Assembly: GCA_965205975.1 (NCBI GenBank)
Contig: OZ242195.1
Span: forward strand, 5,184,001-5,248,000
Origin: Candidatus Latescibacterota bacterium
Lineage (GTDB): Bacteria > Latescibacterota > UBA2968
Reading direction: 5' to 3'
DNA: 64,000 nucleotides
The position numbers and the translations under genes were made by a program. Below the pieces are notes generated by a model. It did not search any database. It was not told the origin of the DNA and saw nothing but the letters and a program-made list of their open reading frames with translations. The stretch's first letter is position 1. Every line of letters starts with the position of its first letter. Shown in pieces: positions 57,392 to 64,000 of the stretch.

Positions 57392-58975
57392 CTATTGGTT
57401 GCCCGTCTGGGAATGAGATCGTATCCCGCATTCTATGTGATCGACGACGATATCTTCTTCGATATTCTCCGCGGATTTTGCAATGGTCAGGCCCAGGTGG
57501 TTGTCGCCATAAATAAATGGCGGGTTTGATAATGCGATTGTACATGATGGGGATTGGTCGTCATTGGGCCAGGTCCATTTCAGATCTTGAGATGGGATTT
57601 TGGTGCCGTTGATGTCAACTGTGAGTGCGTCGTCTTTTGACAAGCCCTGTACAAAGAAAGTGAGGGTGTTTTCTGAAGGGATGGGTTCTGAGGGGAGATG
57701 TTCACACAGGCGAAATCTGAAGGTGTCTCGTTGTCCCATTTTTTGACGAGAGAGGACGAGTTCTTCTTTTACATAAACCTCGCCCAAACTTTTGCTATTT
57801 GCCCAGAGTGAACGGAACGTGTAGTGTCGATCTGGACCGATGCTTTGCGGGTCTTTTAATTCTTTGAGGTCGTTCATCGCCGCTGGATACATTGCGGGGA
57901 TTTTTGCGCCATTAGTTCCCGGGGGTTCAAACTGAGGTCCCCAGTGAAAGAAGTAATTTTGGGTCGAAAAGCCATCGGCACCTGCGGCGTAGAAGTTTTG
58001 CAATGCGGCGCGGTATTGGGGCATGTCCATGAGAAATTCTGTATCGATACTGAGTCTGGGTTGTACCTGGGGATAGACATAACAGTTGTGTTGTCGGGCT
58101 ATTGATACAAAGTCTTCGTATTTTTCGTTGAAGTCAGTGAATCCAAAATCCCCAGGTGCGACATAGTCGATCAGTCCCTCTTCGATCCAGGTGGGGACGT
58201 CTAAGCTCAGGTTTTTGCAGCCCGCCATTTGCTGGGGTACGCGTACGCCGAGGATGAGGTTCCGTTCTCTGCCTGTTGGGGAATGGGCATTGTCCAGCAT
58301 ATTGCGGACTTGTCGGATAAAGCCGGTCATGGTGCTGTGACTGTGTGATAGTTCAGCTCTGGGAAAACATTCTGCGAGACGGGTGAAGTTAAATTCTATG
58401 CCGTCTATGTCGAAGCGATTGGCGACTTCTTCCATGATGGCGAGGAGAAAGGCGCGTACTTCGGGTATGGCGTAGTTTAAGGAGCATCCGTATTTGCGGC
58501 TTTCGGGCGATGCGCGTCTTGTGGAGGGTTTGTATTCTCTGAGTACCCATTCGGGTTTTTCGTCGCAGAGTTTTTTGAAAAATTCCGTGTGGTGGCCGTG
58601 GCGGTCGTTCATTCGAAAGCCAGCGATAAATTCCATGCCCTGCTTATGGCATTCGTCGATATAGACTTCGACGGGCATGATTCCGCTGTCCATGATGGGT
58701 ATCAGGCGCTGGTGCTGGTGCCGGATGTCGTAGGGGCATTTGTCGGTTCGCCAGAACATGGTCATTGCTTCGGCGAAGATTTCCTGTACGAGGGTGTCGA
58801 TACTTCCCGCAGAGGCGTAATTGCGAACGATCTGACGCAGTTCTTCGGGTTTGGCCGCAGGGACGACGCTGAGGTGGCTGGTGGTGTTTGAGGGGTCGCT
58901 GACGTAGATGAGACGGCGTGTGCCACGGGGTTGCAAGTGGCCCAGGTGCGGAGATGATGTTTGTGGAGTTGGCAT
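57392..58975 (-). CDS. Glycosyl hydrolase-like 10 (GHL10/DUF187) TIM-barrel protein
   Basis: GFRMNDRH, LNYAIPEVR, FDIDGIEFNF, DVPTWIEEGLIDY, GADG..NYF. Confidence 0.75.
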   Translation of the reverse strand: MPTPQTSSPHLGHLQPRGTRRLIYVSDPSNTTSHLSVVPAAKPEELRQIVRNYASAGSIDTLVQEIFAEAMTMFWRTDKCPYDIRHQHQRLIPIMDSGIMPVEVYIDECHKQGMEFIAGFRMNDRHGHHTEFFKKLCDEKPEWVLREYKPSTRRASPESRKYGCSLNYAIPEVRAFLLAIMEEVANRFDIDGIEFNFTRLAECFPRAELSHSHSTMTGFIRQVRNMLDNAHSPTGRERNLILGVRVPQQMAGCKNLSLDVPTWIEEGLIDYVAPGDFGFTDFNEKYEDFVSIARQHNCYVYPQVQPRLSIDTEFLMDMPQYRAALQNFYAAGADGFSTQNYFFHWGPQFEPPGTNGAKIPAMYPAAMNDLKELKDPQSIGPDRHYTFRSLWANSKSLGEVYVKEELVLSRQKMGQRDTFRFRLCEHLPSEPIPSENTLTFFVQGLSKDDALTVDINGTKIPSQDLKWTWPNDDQSPSCTIALSNPPFIYGDNHLGLTIAKSAENIEEDIVVDHIECGIRSHSQTGNQ

Positions 58976-58996
58976 TTGGTCCGTCCTTGTTTGCGT

Positions 58997-59431
58997 TTAT
59001 GCTGTGTGTTGCGGTTGTGCGCCATCGGGTAGTGGGGGAACGTCGATGCCTGCCTTCGGCAGGGTGCCAATCATTTCCTGCTGCGGGTGTGCTACAAAGC
59101 CAGCAGCACAGCAGTAGATCATTTTTAGGGGTACATTGCCCGTGTTGGTGAGTTGATGATATTCTCCCGGGGGAATGTACACGGCTTGACCGGCTTTCAG
59201 GGTTTGTTTTTCAGTGCCGAGGCACATTTCGCCTTCGCCTTCGATGACGAAGTAGATTTCTTCCTGTGCCTGATTGTGCCAGGGTACCTGCCCTCCGTTG
59301 GGTTCGAAGGTGACGAATCCAACGGAGAATTCCTCTGTGGGGATGGGGGTGCCAGTGCCTGCAACAGGCTGTGTTCTTCTGCGTGCGGGAAATTGTCGGC
59401 CTTCAATCTCGCGCAGGTCTGAGATGGTCAT
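58997..59431 (-). CDS. Cupin domain protein
   Basis: PWHNQAQEEIYFVIEGEG, GQAVYIPPGEYHQL.N; GAGGAG RBS. Confidence 0.85.
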   Translation of the reverse strand: MTISDLREIEGRQFPARRRTQPVAGTGTPIPTEEFSVGFVTFEPNGGQVPWHNQAQEEIYFVIEGEGEMCLGTEKQTLKAGQAVYIPPGEYHQLTNTGNVPLKMIYCCAAGFVAHPQQEMIGTLPKAGIDVPPLPDGAQPQHTA

Positions 59432-59476
59432 ATACTTACTCCTCGTCATTACACGACAAGGTGAATCTACAAAGCC

Positions 59477-59509
59477 GTCATTGCGGCATGATGTTAGCCG
59501 CAATCCAGA
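59477..59509. repeat. Palindromic REP-like element (copy 3)
   Basis: gtcattgcggcatgatgttagccgcaatccaga; 2 mismatches to 21332-21364. Confidence 0.75.
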
Positions 59510-59510
59510 G

Positions 59511-59571
59511 GTTTTGGGTGGTTGGGCAGGGTTCGTCTATTCGTCTATTCGTCTATTCGTCTATTCGTCTA
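59511..59571. repeat. (TTCGTCTA)x5 array with a flank shared with the 48.0-kb element
   Basis: Five units at 59532-59571; flank ttttgggtggttgggcaggg resembles tttggggtggctgggcggga at ~47998. Confidence 0.85.
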
Positions 59572-60159
59572 ATCGGCTGCGACTGTTTCGCGGGTTTTTA
59601 TTTTTTCGCGCTCTGCGATGAGCAGGTTCATCCAGTGTTTCATATACTGTCCGTGGTCGTTCCACACGCGGCCGCTGACCAAATTGCCGTCAATGACGCA
59701 CGGTTCATCGACGAAGATGCCGCCGCAGACTTCGAGGTCAAATTGGCATTTCCAAACGCAGGCCATGCGTCGCCCTTTGACTACGCCTGCGCGACACGGG
59801 ATTTCAACGCCGTGGCAGACGCTGGCAACGGGTTTGTTGTGTTCAAAGAAATAGCGCGTGATGCGAATGAGGTCGGGGTCGTCGCGAATGTATTCGGGGG
59901 CGCGACCGCCAGAGAAGAAGATGCCGACATATTCGGAGGGGTCAACGTCTCGAAAGGCGATGTCTGCGTTGATCGAATACCCTTTCCATTCTTCGGTGAT
60001 GTCCCAGCCAGGGGAGATTTCGTGGAGTACCATTTGATAGCGCCGCTTGTCTGGTCCCGCGACAACGGGGGTGAATCCGTCTTCCTGTATTCTGAGAAAT
60101 GGGTATAGCGTATCGACGGTTTCTGTGGCGTCTCCAACGATGATGAGAACTTTGTCCAT
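59569..60159 (-). CDS. DJ-1/PfpI family protein
   Basis: GDATE, SGGRAPEYIR, SVCHG, DGNLVSGR; AAGGAG RBS. Confidence 0.9.
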   Translation of the reverse strand: MDKVLIIVGDATETVDTLYPFLRIQEDGFTPVVAGPDKRRYQMVLHEISPGWDITEEWKGYSINADIAFRDVDPSEYVGIFFSGGRAPEYIRDDPDLIRITRYFFEHNKPVASVCHGVEIPCRAGVVKGRRMACVWKCQFDLEVCGGIFVDEPCVIDGNLVSGRVWNDHGQYMKHWMNLLIAEREKIKTRETVAAD

Positions 60160-60245
60160 GACGGTCTCCTTTAAAAGGTGATAAGGTACCGGGTAAATTA
60201 GCCTCTTAAAAATAGAAATCAAACGGTTTTTATTGCAATGTTCAA

Positions 60246-60330
60246 AAATAAAAAAGCGACCGGGGGCAAAAGCCCAGGGTCGCTTAAAATATAAGATAAA
60301 CACAGTGCCTGCCAAATGGCAAGCACTGTG
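60246..60330 (-). terminator. Intrinsic terminator downstream of ino1, preceded by a second hairpin
   Basis: aagcgacc...ggtcgctt stem with a U-tract on the minus strand; cacagtgc...gcactgtg hairpin at 60301-60330. Confidence 0.7.
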
Positions 60331-60343
60331 CAGGAGAGAGGTT

Positions 60344-61429
60344 TTACTCTTTTAAGCCGTACTGGCGAATAAAATCACTCGTCATTTCGCGAGCTTGATC
60401 GTCGCTGAATTGTTTGGGAGGCGATTTCATCAGGTAAGACGAGGGTCCCATCAAGGGGCCTTTGAGGCCGTGGTTGAGGGCGAGTTTGCAGAGCCTGACT
60501 GCGTCGATGACTACGCCCGCTGAGTTCGGTGAGTCCCAGACTTCGAGTTTGAGTTCCAGGTTGAGTGGTACGCCGCCAAAGGTTTCGCCTTCCATGCGGA
60601 TATGACACCATTTGCGGTCTTCCAGCCAGGGGATGTGATCGCTGGGACCAACGTGAATATTGTCTTCTCCCAGGTCGTAATCGAGTTGAGAGGTGACGGC
60701 TTGTGTTTTGGAGATTTTTTTCGATTCCAGGCGTTCGCGTTCGAGCATGTTGTAAAAGTCGGTATTGCCGCCAAAATTGAGTTGATACGTTTTGGTGAGT
60801 TTGACGCCGCGTTCGCGGAACAGGCGGGTGAGCACGCGGTGGGTGATGGTGGCGCCGACCTGTGATTTGATGTCGTCGCCGATGAGGGGCAGGCCGCGTT
60901 TTTCAAAGCGCTCGGGCCAGTGTCCGGCACTGGCGATAAAGACGGGCATGCAGTTGACAAAAGCACATCCGGCTTGGAGGACTTGTTCCACATACCACTT
61001 CGTGGCCTGTTCGCTGCCCACAGGAAGGTAATTGACGACGACATCTGTGCGCGTGGCTTTGAGGACTTCGGCAATGTCAACGGTGTCGCCTTCGGCTTTT
61101 GTGATGACTTGATCGAGATATTTGCCCAGTCCATCGTGGGTCATGCCGCGGTAAACGGGAATGTCGAGGTGGGGGACATCGGCAAATTTGATGGTGTTGT
61201 TAGGGTGTGCAAAGATGGCTTCGCTCAAGTCTTTGCCCACTTTTTCCGCGTTGACGTCAAAGGCGGCAGAAAATTCAATGTCGCGGATGTGATAGCCGCC
61301 CAGGTTGGGGTGCATCAATCCGGGGATGAAATCATCTTCAGAAGCGTTTTTGTAGTATTCGATGCCCTGTACAAGGGAGGATGCACAGTTGCCTACACCG
61401 ATGATGGCGACTCGGACTTTGGAGGACAT
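60344..61429 (-). CDS. ino1: myo-inositol-1-phosphate synthase
   Basis: [54 protein letters not shown]. Confidence 0.95.
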   Translation of the reverse strand: MSSKVRVAIIGVGNCASSLVQGIEYYKNASEDDFIPGLMHPNLGGYHIRDIEFSAAFDVNAEKVGKDLSEAIFAHPNNTIKFADVPHLDIPVYRGMTHDGLGKYLDQVITKAEGDTVDIAEVLKATRTDVVVNYLPVGSEQATKWYVEQVLQAGCAFVNCMPVFIASAGHWPERFEKRGLPLIGDDIKSQVGATITHRVLTRLFRERGVKLTKTYQLNFGGNTDFYNMLERERLESKKISKTQAVTSQLDYDLGEDNIHVGPSDHIPWLEDRKWCHIRMEGETFGGVPLNLELKLEVWDSPNSAGVVIDAVRLCKLALNHGLKGPLMGPSSYLMKSPPKQFSDDQAREMTSDFIRQYGLKE

Positions 61430-61525
61430 AATTCTTCTCCTTGCGTGAAAAGAGTTCATAAAATATTGTCGGACAAATGTCTGTGATTTTTTCTTATTAG
61501 ACAAATCAATAATTGCTATATTATA

Positions 61526-61542
61526 TATAGATAAAATCTATA
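61526..61542. promoter_or_regulatory. Putative LysR binding site (T-N11-A palindrome)
   Basis: TATAGAT-AAA-ATCTATA between divergent ino1 and LysR genes. Confidence 0.6.
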
Positions 61543-61568
61543 GATTCCATTCTGGGTTGGAGCGAGAT

Positions 61569-62492
61569 ATGAATCTTTATCATTTGCGTTATTTTTTGTC
61601 TGTTGCACAAACCGGGAGTTTTAGCCAGGCAGCACGGGAGATGCATGTGACTCAGCCAACGGTGAGTAGTGGTATTGCTGAATTGGAAAAGACTATGGGG
61701 GTGAGGCTTTTTAACCGGGGTGGCAAGCGCGTGGCGTTGACAATGGAAGGGCGCACGCTGGTGAATTATGCGATGCAGATTCAGGATCTGGTCGAAGAGG
61801 TAGAAGACCACTTGCAGCGGCGCGATGTGTTGCCGGGGGAGGGGTTTCAGTTTGGCGCGATTGATGCGGCTGTGACGTATTTGTTGCCGGATATTTTGAA
61901 GGATTATATGCGCGCTTATCCCAGTGTTTTTCTGTCTGCACAGGTGGCACCGTCGCGTTATCTGGTAGATGATCTGCTGATGAATCGCTCAGAGTTTGCG
62001 GTTATTTCACTGCCTTATGATCATCCGCGTGTGGAGACGGTGTCGATTTATCGGGATTCTATGCCGCTTGTGGTTGGGGCATCTCATCCTTTTGCTGTGC
62101 GAGAAAGCGCGACTTTGCAAGAGGTGGTGCAAGAGCCTTTGATTTTGTTTCACACCGATTCCATATCGCGCAAAATCGTGGATGAGCGATTTGCAGAAGC
62201 AGGTGTGTCTCCCGGCGTGGTGATGGAGATGCGAAGCCCGGAGGCGATGCGAAAGCTGGTGGAGGTTGGTGTTGGGATTTCGTTTTTGCCTATGCTAACT
62301 GTGCAGGAGTCTCTGGATGCCGGGGCGTTAAAGGTGGTGGATGTGGAGGGGGTGGCATTTAGCCGCGAGATCGGGGTGGCGTGGCGGCGAGGGCGCTATT
62401 TTAGTGCGGCGATTCGGTATTTGATTGAGGCGATTTTTGAAGCATACCAGGGGCTGGAGGTCTGGCAAGAGAAGGTGGGAGGTGCAAAATGA
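61569..62492 (+). CDS. LysR family transcriptional regulator
   Basis: LRYF..GSFSQAA..TQPTVS..LE..LFNR..LT.EG; VGVGISFLP. Confidence 0.93.
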   Translation: MNLYHLRYFLSVAQTGSFSQAAREMHVTQPTVSSGIAELEKTMGVRLFNRGGKRVALTMEGRTLVNYAMQIQDLVEEVEDHLQRRDVLPGEGFQFGAIDAAVTYLLPDILKDYMRAYPSVFLSAQVAPSRYLVDDLLMNRSEFAVISLPYDHPRVETVSIYRDSMPLVVGASHPFAVRESATLQEVVQEPLILFHTDSISRKIVDERFAEAGVSPGVVMEMRSPEAMRKLVEVGVGISFLPMLTVQESLDAGALKVVDVEGVAFSREIGVAWRRGRYFSAAIRYLIEAIFEAYQGLEVWQEKVGGAK

Positions 62493-62497
62493 GTATG

Positions 62498-63667
62498 CTA
62501 AAACTTGAATGTTTTGCGTTCGGTTTGTTCAAGGGTTTGTTCGATGAGGGGGGCGAGGTCGAGCTTGGATTCGATTTCGCGGACTTTTTCCAAATTGGCG
62601 CGCGTTTCGGGGTGTTTGGGTACAAAGACAGAACAACAATCCTCGTAGGGTTCGATGGAGATTTGATATGTGCCAATGCGCCGTGCTTCGTTGATGATTT
62701 CTTCTTTGTTGTCACCGGCTAATGGACGCAAGATGGGTAGCGGGGTAACATCTTCGATGGCGCGCATGTTCGACAGGGTCTGCGAGGCGACCTGTCCGAC
62801 GTTTTCGCCTGTGACAAGTGCGAGGGCATCGACTTTTTGGGCAATGGCTTCTGCAATGCGCAGCATGGCGCGGCGGTAGAGAATGACGCGATAGCTCGCA
62901 GGCGCTCGCATCATGATGTGGCGTTGAATTTCGACAAATGGCACCAGGTACAGGTCCGATACGTATTGATGCCGGGTGAGGAGTCGCACGAGGTCTTCGG
63001 TGTTGCGCTGGGAATTGCGATTGGTATAGGGCTGACTGTGAAAATGCACATAAGTCAGTTTGACACCTCGTTTCATAATTTTGTAAGAAGCCACAGGTGA
63101 GTCAATTCCCGAAGAGATGAGGCTTACTGCGCTTTCATTGGATCCGACGGGTAAACCCCCTGGTGCCGGAATTTTTTCGGCGTAGATAAATATGCGTTGT
63201 GGGGCAATTTCAATAAAACAGGTGAGGTCTGGATTGTCCATCAGGACGCGGGCACCCGACAGGGTTTGAATATGCTTGCCCACATCCCGGTTGATTTGAT
63301 CCGAATTGAGGGGAAAGGTTTTGTCGCCACGTCTGGTGACAATTTTGAATGATTCGAAATCGGTTTTTTGTGCAAGTGCCCAGGTAGTTTCTCGAATGGC
63401 TTCGATATTGCGTTTGGCCACGACTGCTTCGGAAAAGTTGGCGATGCCAAAGACTGTTGAGAGTCGTTCTCGGATAACATCTATCGGCGATTCTGAGGTG
63501 AGTGAGAGCATCATGCGGCCCGATAGGCGCTCGAGTTTTCCACAGGGCACGTCTTTGAGTGCGCGGTTGATGTTGGTCATCAGACGCCGTTCAAATTTGC
63601 CCCGGTTTTTGCCTTTGAGGCCAATTTCGTGATAGTGTATGAGTATGAAGCGGGCGTTGGTCGTCAT
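62498..63667 (-). CDS. thiI: tRNA 4-thiouridine synthase (THUMP + PP-loop, no rhodanese domain)
   Basis: HEIGLKGKNR, GGLPVG, SSGIDSPVA, TGENVGQVASQT, RPL..K.EI, EDCC. Confidence 0.93.
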   Translation of the reverse strand: MTTNARFILIHYHEIGLKGKNRGKFERRLMTNINRALKDVPCGKLERLSGRMMLSLTSESPIDVIRERLSTVFGIANFSEAVVAKRNIEAIRETTWALAQKTDFESFKIVTRRGDKTFPLNSDQINRDVGKHIQTLSGARVLMDNPDLTCFIEIAPQRIFIYAEKIPAPGGLPVGSNESAVSLISSGIDSPVASYKIMKRGVKLTYVHFHSQPYTNRNSQRNTEDLVRLLTRHQYVSDLYLVPFVEIQRHIMMRAPASYRVILYRRAMLRIAEAIAQKVDALALVTGENVGQVASQTLSNMRAIEDVTPLPILRPLAGDNKEEIINEARRIGTYQISIEPYEDCCSVFVPKHPETRANLEKVREIESKLDLAPLIEQTLEQTERKTFKF

Positions 63668-63675
63668 GAGATGGG

Positions 63676-64000
63676 TCAGGAGTTAAGGGCTAAATCGCGC
63701 TGGAGTATAACGAGGGTTATGTCGTCGGTGCGCCGCGCTTTGCCAATAAAGGATTTGACATCGGCTACGAGGTCGGCAATCAGGTCTGTGGGTGTCCGGT
63801 CTATGGATGCGCGTTCGAGACAACGGACAAATCGGTCGTCGTCAAAGAAGTTGCGTTTGGCATTTTGGGCTTCGACAACACCATCGGAGTAGAGCACGAG
63901 GCGATCACCGGGCGCGAGTGTTAAATGTTCAACGCGATAGGGAGTTTGGGGGCGTATAAGTGCCGGGATGCCAAGGGGATATCCCGCTAGGTCGATAAAT
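63676..64000 (-). CDS. PP2C/SpoIIE serine phosphatase, C-terminal part (5' partial)
   Basis: GYPLG..GDRLVLYSDGVVEA..DDITLV. Confidence 0.85.
   Translation of the reverse strand, partial: FIDLAGYPLGIPALIRPQTPYRVEHLTLAPGDRLVLYSDGVVEAQNAKRNFFDDDRFVRCLERASIDRTPTDLIADLVADVKSFIGKARRTDDITLVILQRDLALNS

Overview
Gene-dense bacterial chromosomal window with about 55 CDSs. I found no rRNA, canonical tRNA, CRISPR array, integrase or transposase. A GWxTD protein, C-terminal DxDxDG..DFLxFVxxFG dockerin/EF-hand tags, four PhyH dioxygenases and a WD40 eukaryote-like protein suggest an FCB-group organism such as a marine, possibly sponge-associated Latescibacterota (inference only). Most genes are catabolic or transport genes, plus housekeeping genes (trmB, murG, PBP1A, ino1, thiI). 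Three lower-GC accessory patches carry orphan antitoxin-like genes with a secreted nuclease (2.4-4.2 kb), an ABC-type ATPase plus nuclease-like pair (21.4-23.4 kb), and a ParA/Schlafen pair with a second ATPase plus nuclease-like pair (52.5-57.2 kb). The most striking unexplained signal is a tandem pair of tRNA-like genes on the minus strand at 45416-45613. Both fold as 8/4 cloverleaves with a Sec-like 6-bp D-stem, long variable arm, G3:U70, G73 and encoded CCA, but neither has a usable 7-nt anticodon loop. Other highlights are a palindromic repeat just downstream of both ATPase-nuclease cassettes, HxG/HxS halogenase-like PhyH variants, an 8-bp all-frame-stop repeat element and a phosphoesterase apparently deleted by microhomology. 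All calls come from visual motif recognition; no database searches were run.
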